DNA from: a virus
Virus record (IMG/VR): IMGVR_UViG_3300005529_001094
Span: 7,303 to 71,302 of that record
Strand: one strand, 5' to 3'
Length of the DNA stretch: 64,000 nucleotides
Positions within the stretch are counted from its first letter, which is position 1. Each line of letters opens with the position of its first letter. A program made the position numbers and the translations under genes. Shown one piece after another: positions 8,317-18,300 of this stretch. The notes under the pieces are model-generated. The model did no database searches, was not told where the DNA came from, and worked only from the letters and a program-made list of their open reading frames with translations.

Positions 8317-9969
8317 GTGCGTTTCGCAGCCATCATCACAGCGCTGGCGCTGGGCCTCTGCTCGGCGCCAGCGCTGGCGCTCGAAGACTCCGTCTACGTC
8401 AAGACGATCGCGAAGGGTCTTCAGGTCACCGGGCTCGACGACACCCGCACCGACTCTAGCGTTGCGTCGCAGCTGACGGGTGGCGTCGACGAGACGATCG
8501 ACAACACCTACGAGGCCTTCCGGTTCGCCACCGGCACGAGCGGCACCGCGGGCTCGAAGTACAACGGCGTCCGCATCTGGGTGAAGAAGACCGGCTCGCC
8601 GGCCGCTACCGACTACATCGAGCTCCGCGTCTACACGAACTCGGGCAGCAGCAAACCGAACACCGAGGTCACGGCGAACTTCGCGGTCGCGCGGCCGCGC
8701 CTCTCGATGGCGAACGTTTCGACGTCGCTCGCGTCGTTCGACTTCGGCCTTCCGTACGCGCTCTCCGACTCGACCACCTACTGGGTCGTCATCAAGAAGA
8801 GCCTCACCGCGGGCACTGTCGTCATCGACCGGCGCTCGAGCGGGACCGGGCTCTATGCGTTCTCGTCGGACGCCTCCACGTGGACGCTCGAGAACTCCAA
8901 GGAGCCGGCCTACGCGTTCCTGACGGCGCCGAGCACGATCGTCAAGCCGACGACGGACATCGGGTACGCGATCGACGCCGCTGGCGCCGGGCTCACCGTG
9001 CGCGCGACGGGCACCCGTCTACCGGCGGTCGCCGGCATCGGGACGGACAGCTACGGACTCTTCGCGCAGTCGACCAACGGCTCGCCGCTCGCCGCAGTAA
9101 CCGCGGCCGGCGCCGGCGTCGAGGTTGATGCGACCGGTCTCCTGCAGTCGATCGGCGGCGGCGGGATCCTCGCCACCAAGATGAACGGCACGGCGGTCGA
9201 TGACGACCGCTACTACCAGTGGGACTGCAACACCAACGGGCCGGGGACACCCGGCGCCGACAAGATGAGCGGCTACTGCGTCGTCGGTAGCCCGGACCGC
9301 TGGTACGTCAAGAACGACGCCGGGACGCTCTTCGCGCCGCCGCCGGCGTGCTCGACGGTCACGCAGGGGTCGGGCGAGACCTGCCTCACGACGAAGGGGC
9401 AGTTCGCAACCGGCCGCGGGAGCACGACAGCCGCGGGGACAACGTCACCGGGCGCGGACGGCACGTACAAGCAGGCCGACTCCTCGGCGGGCGATGGCTG
9501 GGCGGACAAGCTGCCGTACATTCTCGACACCGTCAAGCAGCGCACGGTGGCAACGAACCGCGGCGGCACATCCACGGCCTCCGACGACGACGACGGCGGC
9601 GCCGGTCCCGACCTGACCTTCAGCGCCGCCGCGAACACCACGTACATCGTCGAGCTCGATGCCCTGTACACCGCCGCCGGCACCACGACGGATCTCAAGC
9701 TCGGGTGGAACATCCCGGCCAGCGCCACGGTCGAGGGCGTCGCCTTTGGAACGACTGGAACCGCGAACGACGGCGGCCGCACCAACTCCGACAGCGGGAC
9801 GGTGGTGATCCAGCTGCTGAACGGCACGAACGGCGTGCGCGCCAAGGCGAAGATCGTCATCGCGGGAACGAGCGGAACGGTCGCGCTCTTCTGGTCAGGC
9901 AACTCCGGCTCCGGCACGTGCCAGATCGAGGCGGGCTCGACCCTGACCGTCTACCGGGTGCAGTCGTGA
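8317..9969 (+). CDS. Signal-peptide-bearing Thr/Gly/Ser-rich fibre-like protein
   Basis: MRFAAIITALALGLCSAPALA|LED; beta-rich modules; C-terminal DLTFSAAANTTY..GTVALFW..GSTL resembles a fibre head. Confidence 0.65.
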   Translation: MRFAAIITALALGLCSAPALALEDSVYVKTIAKGLQVTGLDDTRTDSSVASQLTGGVDETIDNTYEAFRFATGTSGTAGSKYNGVRIWVKKTGSPAATDYIELRVYTNSGSSKPNTEVTANFAVARPRLSMANVSTSLASFDFGLPYALSDSTTYWVVIKKSLTAGTVVIDRRSSGTGLYAFSSDASTWTLENSKEPAYAFLTAPSTIVKPTTDIGYAIDAAGAGLTVRATGTRLPAVAGIGTDSYGLFAQSTNGSPLAAVTAAGAGVEVDATGLLQSIGGGGILATKMNGTAVDDDRYYQWDCNTNGPGTPGADKMSGYCVVGSPDRWYVKNDAGTLFAPPPACSTVTQGSGETCLTTKGQFATGRGSTTAAGTTSPGADGTYKQADSSAGDGWADKLPYILDTVKQRTVATNRGGTSTASDDDDGGAGPDLTFSAAANTTYIVELDALYTAAGTTTDLKLGWNIPASATVEGVAFGTTGTANDGGRTNSDSGTVVIQLLNGTNGVRAKAKIVIAGTSGTVALFWSGNSGSGTCQIEAGSTLTVYRVQS

Positions 9970-10865
9970 TCGCGCATGTGCTGCGAGCCATCTTCGCGGT
10001 GCTCGTCGGTGCCGGCGTCGTGGCGGCCGCCGTAGCGCAAGGCGGGGTGGCGCAGGGCGGACGCACCGGAGACCAGAAGCGCGGTGTGCTTGCGAAGGAC
10101 TGGTGCCAGAGCTCACTGACGGTCATGTGCCAGCCGCTCGAGGAGGACACGACGGCGACGCGCGTGAACGTCGCGCCCAGCGGCTCGAATTATAACCTGA
10201 CGCCCAACGGCTCGATTTCACGCGACGGGACGCTTTTCGTCGAGGGGTCGTATTCGAACGTCTTCCCGGCCGCCCCGATGCGGTACTTGTCGTGCACCGA
10301 CGCAACGTGCTCCAACCTCGACTTCTCGGGCGCCTTCTCCGCGGGCGCCGCGTTCCGCTCTACGCTCCTCGGCCAGTCCCACGTCATCATGGGAAAGTGG
10401 AACAACAGCGACGGCACGGGGTGGGCCCTCGTCGTTGGAATGACCACGCTCGGCAAGGTGCAGAGCTTCATCGGCAACACCACCGACCAGCACTCGACCG
10501 TCCTCGCGAGCGGACGCTGGTACGAGCTCGGGATGTCGTTCAGCGGGTCTGTCGTCAAGACGTACGTGGATGGGTCCGGGACGAGTGGCACGTCCGCCAC
10601 GATCACCACGAACAGCCTCGACTTCGAGGCCGGCGACGACGGCCGGACCGGAACCGGGCTCGCGGCCAACCTCGACATCCTGTGGGCGGCCTCGGTTAAC
10701 ATGAGCGCTGCGGGCCAGTGTCGCGTCGCGTCATGTGGCTACCGGAATCAATACGGTTGCTTGTGTGACGCCGGCAATACCGCCTCTTTCCTCTTCAAGG
10801 GTCGCAATGCAGATGCCGGTGGGTGTACACTCCCCGGCGACTGTTACGCCGACGACCCGGCATAG
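9966..10865 (+). CDS. Signal-peptide-bearing LamG/ConA-like lectin-fold protein, Cys-rich
   Basis: GTG start overlaps the upstream stop; IMGKW...GW, W.ELG..F.G..V.TYVDG LamG-like pattern; many Cys. Confidence 0.6.
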   Translation: MIAHVLRAIFAVLVGAGVVAAAVAQGGVAQGGRTGDQKRGVLAKDWCQSSLTVMCQPLEEDTTATRVNVAPSGSNYNLTPNGSISRDGTLFVEGSYSNVFPAAPMRYLSCTDATCSNLDFSGAFSAGAAFRSTLLGQSHVIMGKWNNSDGTGWALVVGMTTLGKVQSFIGNTTDQHSTVLASGRWYELGMSFSGSVVKTYVDGSGTSGTSATITTNSLDFEAGDDGRTGTGLAANLDILWAASVNMSAAGQCRVASCGYRNQYGCLCDAGNTASFLFKGRNADAGGCTLPGDCYADDPA

Positions 10866-10874
10866 GAGGAAGCG

Positions 10875-11900
10875 ATGAGGCTGTTTCTTGCATTGATGCT
10901 ATTGACACTGTCCACTGCCGCGCACGCAGCGGCGACGTGCTCTGCGCGCATCGACCACAAGACGGGCGTCGTCAAGGTCAGTGCCAGCGGTGTTTCCGGC
11001 ACCTCGGTCACGTGGGGCGAGGCGCCCGGCGGCCCGTACCCGAACTCCTTCTACGTCAGTGCTGGACAGGTCAGCTGCTTTGCGCCGGCGGCCGACGGCA
11101 AGGGGGTTATGGGCAGCTGTCAGATCGACCAGCTGGATGCCGACGCACGGATTCCGACGGTCGACTGCATGATCTACGTCAAGGATGCCGGCGCCGAGTG
11201 CGCGGCGCACATCAAGTTCTGCTCGCCGCAGCTCGATGGACTCGGCGGCGCGGACGGCGCGAAGCTCGACTACGTACTAGCGCACACCGAGACCGGTCCC
11301 GACCCCATCACCGGCGTCCCGACCGTCAAGCTCAAAGGGGCGAATCTTCAGATCGTCAACAATGTCGGCGAAACCGAGTCGTCTGACGGCACGGGGAACC
11401 TGATTCTGGGCGGCAACGGGTGGGACAAGCAAGGAACGCCCGTGCGCAACGGCTCGCATTCCCTGATCATCGGCGAAAACGCGCAGTGGTCGGGGTGGAC
11501 AAACCTCAACGTCGGCGACAACAACCGGACCTTCGGCGACACCTCGGTCGGTATCGGCCTCGATCACGTCGTCACTGGCTTCTACAACACGCAGGTTGGC
11601 GGCATCGGGAACACCGTTGGCGGCGCGCCGATTGATGGCGGCGGCCCGATTGGGGTTACCGGCGTCGGCGGGTCGGGCAATACGTGCATGTCGTACGTCG
11701 GCGGCTGCATTCTCTCGCGCAACTCGACCACGACCGGGATCCAGGCCGGCGTGTACAACTCCGACAGCACAACGGTCGCGGCCGAGGGTGCGGCGACCTT
11801 CAACACCAAGAACGTGACCGTCGCGGCCAGCGCGACCGGGGCCACCGTCAAGGGCAAGGTCGGCGGCGCGCCGATCACGCAGGCGTTTCTCAACCAATGA
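10875..11900 (+). CDS. Secreted Cys-rich protein with Gly/Asn-rich beta-helical adhesin-like C-terminus
   Basis: MRLFLALMLLTLSTAAHA|A signal peptide; ANLQIVN..GTGNLILG; GxxN repeats. Confidence 0.65.
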   Translation: MRLFLALMLLTLSTAAHAAATCSARIDHKTGVVKVSASGVSGTSVTWGEAPGGPYPNSFYVSAGQVSCFAPAADGKGVMGSCQIDQLDADARIPTVDCMIYVKDAGAECAAHIKFCSPQLDGLGGADGAKLDYVLAHTETGPDPITGVPTVKLKGANLQIVNNVGETESSDGTGNLILGGNGWDKQGTPVRNGSHSLIIGENAQWSGWTNLNVGDNNRTFGDTSVGIGLDHVVTGFYNTQVGGIGNTVGGAPIDGGGPIGVTGVGGSGNTCMSYVGGCILSRNSTTTGIQAGVYNSDSTTVAAEGAATFNTKNVTVAASATGATVKGKVGGAPITQAFLNQ

Positions 11901-12262
11901 GCAGTTACCTCGGATCATCGATCGAGCGCCTCCGCCGCCGGACGGGGTTCACCATCACCGTCAAGCGGAAGACGGGGGCGTTCAATCGCGTGACGGCGAC
12001 GCGGGCGTCGGGCGAGCAGTCTGTCTCGACGCCCGCGACGTACACCCGCGGGCTGCAGCGGAGCATCAAGGGAGACCCGCTCACGAGCGCGCAGGCGTAC
12101 TATGGCGTCCCGTCCGCGCCGTTCGTCGGCGTCTTCGAGCCGCGTGACTCGGACCTCGTGGTCGACGGCTCGAGCGAGTACCGCATCCTGTCCGTCGAGC
12201 CGCAGCGGCGCGGCGCGGACGTCGTCGGCTACCGGCTGTACGTCGGCGGAGTGGTGAGCTGA
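11897..12262 (+). CDS. Head closure/stopper protein (putative)
   Basis: ATGA overlap; P..SDLVVDG..EYRILSVEP..VGYRLYV pattern; position. Confidence 0.65.
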   Translation: MSSYLGSSIERLRRRTGFTITVKRKTGAFNRVTATRASGEQSVSTPATYTRGLQRSIKGDPLTSAQAYYGVPSAPFVGVFEPRDSDLVVDGSSEYRILSVEPQRRGADVVGYRLYVGGVVS

Positions 12263-12720
12263 TGCCGACGATCGGCCTGGCAAAGTTCATCCGCGAGTCC
12301 GAAGCGATCAAGGTCGAGGGGCCCGAGCTCGTCGCCGAGGGATTCCGCGAGCTCGTCCGATTCTCGTTCGACCGCGTCGTGGAGAACTCGCCGACGGCCG
12401 ACCCGGACGCGCCGGGCTCGGGGCGCCTCCGCGCTTCGTGGACGGCCGCGGCCGGCGCCCCCGACTACGAGTTCGCGCCGCTGCCGGCGGCCGGCGGCCG
12501 GATCCCGGCGCCCAGGACGCCCGCACTCGCCGACGTCGACCTCGGCGACGAGGTGTTCATCGCCAACGGGTCGCCGTGCGTCTCGACGGTGAACGACCGG
12601 ACCGCGTTCGTGGACGCGAACATCGAGGCGACCCAGGCGAAGGCGGAAGAGATCGCGGCGCGGCTCTCGAACCGCGAGATCTCCGGCGCGCGCGCGATCC
12701 AGCGTGCGAAGGCGGCCTGA
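12262..12720 (+). CDS. Tail completion/neck protein (HK97 gp10-like)
   Basis: VVENSP....GRLRASW and VFIANG.P motifs. Confidence 0.7.
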   Translation: MPTIGLAKFIRESEAIKVEGPELVAEGFRELVRFSFDRVVENSPTADPDAPGSGRLRASWTAAAGAPDYEFAPLPAAGGRIPAPRTPALADVDLGDEVFIANGSPCVSTVNDRTAFVDANIEATQAKAEEIAARLSNREISGARAIQRAKAA

Positions 12721-12723
12721 GCC

Positions 12724-13152
12724 ATGGCAGACACGCAACGCATCCAGCAAGCGATTCGCTCACGCATCGAAACGCTCGTAGTCGCGCCGAACCCGAGCAT
12801 TCTCTGGTTCTACCGCTGGCAGCAGCGCGAGTACGCCGGCCTCACGGTCTCGCACGTGATCACCGACATCGTGCCATCCGAGTCGAAGCAGGTCGCCATG
12901 GGATCACCGCGGCTGTTCCGGACGCGGGGCATTCTGGCGTTCCGGATCGCGACGCCGCTCGACTCGGGCTCCGGTCCGAACGAGGCGATCGGCGACCTGA
13001 TCGAGCCGCATTTCCTTGCTCTGGTGGACACGAGCACCGACCCGCCGATCCGGTACCGGAAGCCGTACTGGTCGCCGTGGGAGGTGCCGGACGAGTCCAT
13101 GTACATCGGGCGCCTCGTCGTGCCCTGGCAAGCCGACACGAACGAGCCGTAG
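12724..13152 (+). CDS. Tail terminator protein (putative)
   Basis: Position before the tube; R.RGIL.F.I.TP..SG pattern. Confidence 0.65.
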   Translation: MADTQRIQQAIRSRIETLVVAPNPSILWFYRWQQREYAGLTVSHVITDIVPSESKQVAMGSPRLFRTRGILAFRIATPLDSGSGPNEAIGDLIEPHFLALVDTSTDPPIRYRKPYWSPWEVPDESMYIGRLVVPWQADTNEP

Positions 13153-13173
13153 CCGCGAAGCGCGGCCGGGAAA

Positions 13174-13240
13174 TAGGGCGATCGATTGATCTAATCGGTC
13201 GTTTGAACTAGAGGTAGGTAGGCCGTTGACAGTGTCAACG
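13174..13240 (+). promoter_or_regulatory. Late motif copy 3 plus palindrome CGTTGACAGTGTCAACG
   Basis: TAGGGCGATCGATTGATCTAATCGGTCGTTTGAAC (13174-13208) and an 8-1-8 palindrome at 13224-13240. Confidence 0.6.
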
Positions 13241-13293
13241 GAGAAAGGAGCGGAAATCAACGCGCCTCGGGTGGGCGGCGGGGGAGTGGGGAG

Positions 13294-14475
13294 ATGGCAG
13301 AGGCGGATACCTCAAACAGCAGATTCGCGATCGTCAAGGAGTCCTCGATCGGGGTGAATCCCGGGACGGGCGCGAAGTACATGCGGGGCACCTCCTTCTC
13401 CGGCCAGGAGAAGCAGAACCGCACCACCTCCGCGGAGGTGAACGGCAACCGCAATCCGCGCGAGAACGTGCGGACAAGCGCGAACCCCGAGGTCTCCGTC
13501 GACTTCGAGTTCTCGCCGAACAACCTCGACAACATCCTCGAGGGCGCGATGATGAGCGCCGCGTTCGCGGCCGCTCCGTCGCTCTTGACCGGCAACATCC
13601 AGGCGGTCGCCGCCGGCCCCTCCTTCACCACGTCGGGCACGCCGTCGCTCGCGGGGATCGCGAAGGGTCAGTGGTTCCAGACTTCGACCTTCACCAACGC
13701 AGCGAACAACGGATGGTTCCGCGCCGCCGCGGCCTCCACCTCCACCTCCGTCACGGTCGAGGCGGGCTCGGGTATCGTCGACGAGGCGAGCGCCTCCCGC
13801 AAGCTGCAGGTCTCCTCGCTGATCACGATCGGCACCACGCGCGTCAGCTTCTCCGCAGAGAAGCAGTTCCCCGACGTCAGCGTGTTCGAGCAGTTCAACG
13901 GCCTCGTGATTGACCAGCTCTCGATGCGGTTCTCCGACGAGCAGATCATCACCGGCAGCATCAATTTCATGGGCACCAACTCGGTCGCCGCTGCGACCTC
14001 CACCGGCATGGGCACGGTGGCCGCGGCGGGCACCGAGCTGATCGCGGCGGCGGTCGACACTCTGCGCGGCCTGAAGGAGGGCTCGCTCGGCGCCGACGCC
14101 ACGCACAAGCTCACCGAGCTCTCGCTGCAGATCTCGAACAAGGCTCGCGTGAAGCGCCAGATCACCGCGCTGAACCCCTTCGACATCGGAATCGGCGTCG
14201 CGGAAATCACGCTCCAGGCGACCCTCTACCTTCGCGACAAGAGCGTCATCGACAAGTTCCGGAACAACACGGTGACGCCGTTCTCGTGGCGGATCATCGG
14301 CCGCTCGGCGACCGACCCGTCCTACGTCTTCACCGTGCCGCAGGGCCGGATCACCGTCCTCGACGACCCGATCCCCGGCAACAGCCAGGACGCCTACCAG
14401 AACGTCACGATCGTCGCGGAGACGGACGCGAACAACATCGGGTTCCAGATCGACAAGATCATCGCGATCCCCTGA
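13294..14475 (+). CDS. Major tail tube protein
   Basis: E.S.GV.P, SAEV..NR, FSAEKQFPD and F.G..IDQLS motifs; position before the chaperones. Confidence 0.82.
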   Translation: MAEADTSNSRFAIVKESSIGVNPGTGAKYMRGTSFSGQEKQNRTTSAEVNGNRNPRENVRTSANPEVSVDFEFSPNNLDNILEGAMMSAAFAAAPSLLTGNIQAVAAGPSFTTSGTPSLAGIAKGQWFQTSTFTNAANNGWFRAAAASTSTSVTVEAGSGIVDEASASRKLQVSSLITIGTTRVSFSAEKQFPDVSVFEQFNGLVIDQLSMRFSDEQIITGSINFMGTNSVAAATSTGMGTVAAAGTELIAAAVDTLRGLKEGSLGADATHKLTELSLQISNKARVKRQITALNPFDIGIGVAEITLQATLYLRDKSVIDKFRNNTVTPFSWRIIGRSATDPSYVFTVPQGRITVLDDPIPGNSQDAYQNVTIVAETDANNIGFQIDKIIAIP

Positions 14476-14554
14476 TCGCGGCTGACTCGCTGCCGGCTAC
14501 TCGTCGCGGGGGCGGCGTGCGGCTCGGGTAGCAGCAGACCAAGAAGGTCAATCC

Positions 14555-14959
14555 ATGAATATCGGCATGCTGAAGTCCCCCATCTCGGACGAGGGCACGA
14601 TGACGGACCTCCCGGATTTCCCGGGGGTCCGCGTGTCCGTCCGGACCACGGACCATCCAGACTACCAGGGCTACATCGCGCGCGCGATCGAGCGCGAGCA
14701 GGCCGGCTCGCGGAACGGCAAGGTCGAGCCGAAGGTCCGCGACGAGATCGTCGCGAAGGCGACCGCGAAGCACCTCCTGATGGACTGGGAGGGCGTCACG
14801 AGCGAGAGCGGCGAGGTTCTCCCGTTCGACCGGAAGCTGGTCACCGGCTGGGCGGAAGACCTCAAGAACTACGGTCGCTTCTTCGACCGCGTGCTGAGCG
14901 CGTCGGTCAAGGTCACGAACAGGATCGCCCAGGAGCGTGAAGATCTGGGAAACGACTGA
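14555..14959 (+). CDS. Tail assembly chaperone (gpG-like)
   Basis: LLMDWEGV...G..LPF motif; ends in slippery G GGA AAC. Confidence 0.8.
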   Translation: MNIGMLKSPISDEGTMTDLPDFPGVRVSVRTTDHPDYQGYIARAIEREQAGSRNGKVEPKVRDEIVAKATAKHLLMDWEGVTSESGEVLPFDRKLVTGWAEDLKNYGRFFDRVLSASVKVTNRIAQEREDLGND

Positions 14960-15321
14960 CGGAATGGGTCGAGCGCGTGCTGGAGCGATCCAGCATGACG
15001 CCGGCCCAGCGTCGCAACACCGACAAGAGGGTCAGGGAAGGGCTCCCAGCTGAGCTGGGAGTCGTTCCGAAGCTCGACGGCGTTGCGGCGTACTACGCGA
15101 GACTCTGGACCGACCTTAGATCACACACCCCCTCCGAGCACCCCCTCTCCCTCAACGACCTCATCTCCTTCGTCGGTCGCGACGGTGCGTTCCACGTGCT
15201 CCCGCTCCTTCAGGCGATGGACGGGGCCCGCTTCGAGTTCATCGGCCGCAAGCGCGAAGCGGACATGAAGAGGCAGGAGGCGAGAACGAAGGCGGCCAGG
15301 TCGCGGGGACGGCGGAGGTAG
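14947..15321 (+). CDS. Tail assembly chaperone -1 frameshift extension (gpGT-like)
   Basis: Slippery heptamer GGGAAAC at 14947-14953; the -1 frame is open into ORF 14977-15321. Confidence 0.75.
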   Translation, partial: GKRLTEWVERVLERSSMTPAQRRNTDKRVREGLPAELGVVPKLDGVAAYYARLWTDLRSHTPSEHPLSLNDLISFVGRDGAFHVLPLLQAMDGARFEFIGRKREADMKRQEARTKAARSRGRRR

Positions 15322-15358
15322 GGGGCGTGGCGGCGCGCGGCGAGGAGCGGCAGGTCTA

Positions 15359-18300
15359 ATGCCCTCCGTACAATATAGTATTGACGCCAGGGGCTCCGAA
15401 CAGGGCGCCGCGCGCTTCTCCGCCTCCGTCGACAAGATCATCGCCGACGCCACGCGCGCCGCGAATGCGATCGCCGTCGTCGACAAGGCGATGGCGGCCG
15501 CCGGCCAAACGGCGACCTCGAGCGCCTCGCAGATCGCGCAGATCCTCACGCCGCTCCGGCAGGTCGCCAGCGGCGCCACGCCCGCGCGTTCCCAGGTCAC
15601 CGGCCTCACGGTCGCCATGCGCGATCTCGGCAGCGCGAGCGTGCTGGCCTTCGGGCCCCTGTCCGGCATCGGCTCGCGGTTCACCGCCGTCGGCGCGCTC
15701 GCAGGTAGGGCGAACCTCGCCCTGGGCGCGAGCATCGCCGTCGTCACGGGCGTCGGCGTCGCTTTCTTCGGGAGTGTCAAGGCCGCGGCGGACTTCGAAG
15801 AGGCGATGATCCGCGTGGCGAAGGTCACGAACGACACACCGGCGCAGCTGCGCGCCATGAGCGCCCAGGTACTCCAGCTGTCAGCGACGCTCGGCGTGCC
15901 GGCCACCGAGCTCGCGAAGATCGAGCAGGGTGCGGCCCAGCTCGGGGTCAGGGGATCCGCGAACCTCGCGGCCTTCGCGGCCCAGGTCGGGATGCTGACG
16001 CGCACCACCGACCTGACGGCCGAGGCGGCAACGAACTCCCTCGGTCGCCTGATCGCGCTCACGCACGAGTCGGTCTCGAACGTCGCAGGGATGGCGGCGT
16101 CGCTCACGGCGCTGGGCAACAACTCGAAAACCACGGAGTCGTCGATCCTCACGATGACGGAAACGCTCGCGCGCGCGACCGCGGCGTTCCACGTCAACTC
16201 GCAGACCCTCCTCGCCGTCGGCGGCGCGCTCGCGGACGTCGGCGCGAAGAACCAGAGCAGCGCGACGGCCCTCAGCCAGATCTTCGTCAAGATCACGCAG
16301 GCGGCGGCCACCGGAAAGGATCTGCAGAAGTTTGCGGACGTCGTCGGGATCACCGCCGACGAGTTCCAGCGGCTCGGCAAGGTCAACCCGGCGGACGTTT
16401 TCCTGAAGTTCCTCGGCGCCCTGGCGCAGCAGGGCCCGCGCGCGGTCGACACGCTCCAGCAGCTCCACATTGGCAGCACCCGCAATACCGCGGTGATGCT
16501 CTCGCTCGGCCAGGTGCTGGGTACCGTCAATCGCAATCTGGCCATGGTCGCCGACCAGTACAAGAACCCGACGGCGACCGCGAGCGAGTTCGAGCGCATG
16601 AACGACGCGCTCAACCGGCAGCTGGAGATCTCCGGTGTCCGGCTCCACGACTTGGCCATCAGCGCCGGCAGCGAGTTCGTGCCGCCTATCACGCAAGCGA
16701 CGAAATCGCTGAACGACTTCCTGGGTGTCCTGCTCGGCGTCGAGAAGGTGGACCCGAACAGCCTCGGGACGACGCTCGGACAGGGCGCAAAGCTCGCTGC
16801 CGACGCGTGGCACGCACTCGAGACGGCAATCATTCCCGTCCTCGGTCTAATGAACGACGCGGCCAAGGCTGCTGCGTCAGGCGACTTCGACAAGGGCACG
16901 CATGACCTGATCGACAACCTCATCAAGCGCCTCTCTGATGCCGGCGTCGAAATCGACGACTTCTGGGAGAAGCTCAAGCACGGCGGCGCCGAGCTGCCGT
17001 CGACGTCGACGGAGGTCGCCGATTTCACCGACTCGCTCGACAACGCAAGTCAGGGAGCCCGCGTCTGTTCCGATGAGTTCGCAAATCTCTCATCGGAAGT
17101 GCTGGACCTGAACGCGGCGTTTGGCGCTAGCGACGTCGACAAGTTCACGCAGAAGCTCAGGGATCAGATCGCCGTCCTGCGGATTCGGAACACGCAGGGC
17201 GATGCGGCCGCCAACACCGAGCAGTTCGTCCGGGATCAGGATCGGAAGGGCAAGGTCGTAACGGACGACGAGAAGAAGGACATCCTCGATCTCGAGCGCA
17301 CCCTCGTCGGCCTCCAGAACGCGCACAAGGGCCTCGCCAGAGAGACCGCCAGCACCGCGCGCGAAACGGACAACTTCTCCAAGAAGATGGCGAACGAGAC
17401 CGCCGCCGCGAACGCGCAGACGGCGATCTGGGAGCAGGTCTCCGCCGGCACGCTGTCGTTCTCGGAGGCCGAGGTCCGCGCCGCCGCCGCGAGCGATTCG
17501 CTCGGCAAGGGCATGCGGACGGAGGCGGAGATCCAGGCCGCGCTCGCCGCAAACAAAGCGAAGGCAACCGCGGCCACCGAGAAGGAGATCGCCGTCGGCA
17601 CGCAGACGCTGGCTGGGATCGAGGCCCAGATCAAGGCGTACGACGAGGCCGCGGCAGCCGGACTGTCGAAGGCGGACGCCGACCTGAAGGCCGCGGACGC
17701 GCTCCTGAAGGTCCAGGCCGCGGAAAAAGCGCGCGACGTCGGCGAGGACCGCGCGCGCCGCTGGCTCGTCGAGAAAGAGGCGATTGACGCCGCTACTGAC
17801 GCGCTCGAGCGACGCAGGGCGGTCCAATCGCAACTCGACGAGACGAGCAAGCTTCAGCTCGAGCTCCAGCTCACGCAACAGGTCAACCAGGGCCTGATCA
17901 CCGAGCTCGACAAGAAAATCGCCATCGCGCGCCAGCAGGCGGAAATCAATCACCAGAGCGCCGACGAGGCGGAGCACCAGGCCAGGATCACTGATGCGAT
18001 CGAGCGCGAGAACCTCGCGTACATTCACCTCGGTTCGACCATCAAGGACTCGTTGAGTCAGGTCGGCGACGCGCTGATCAGCGGCACGCTCAAGTGGGGT
18101 GAGGCGGGGAAGTCCTTCGGCCTGGCAATGGGCAAGCGCTGGGTCGAGGGGATGATCGACAGCAAGCTCCATGACTTCGACCCTACTGTCAAAGCAAACT
18201 TTCTCGACCTCGCAGGCGAGGGCAATTCGATCTTCAAGACGCTGTTCTCGGGCGTTTCCGACGGCTCAACTCCCACCGGCGGCACCGGCGGCATCAATGT

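Noticed and set aside
9348-9965. Upstream extension of ORF 9348-10865
   Set aside because: Shadow of gene 8317-9969; GTG 9966 gives a clean signal peptide
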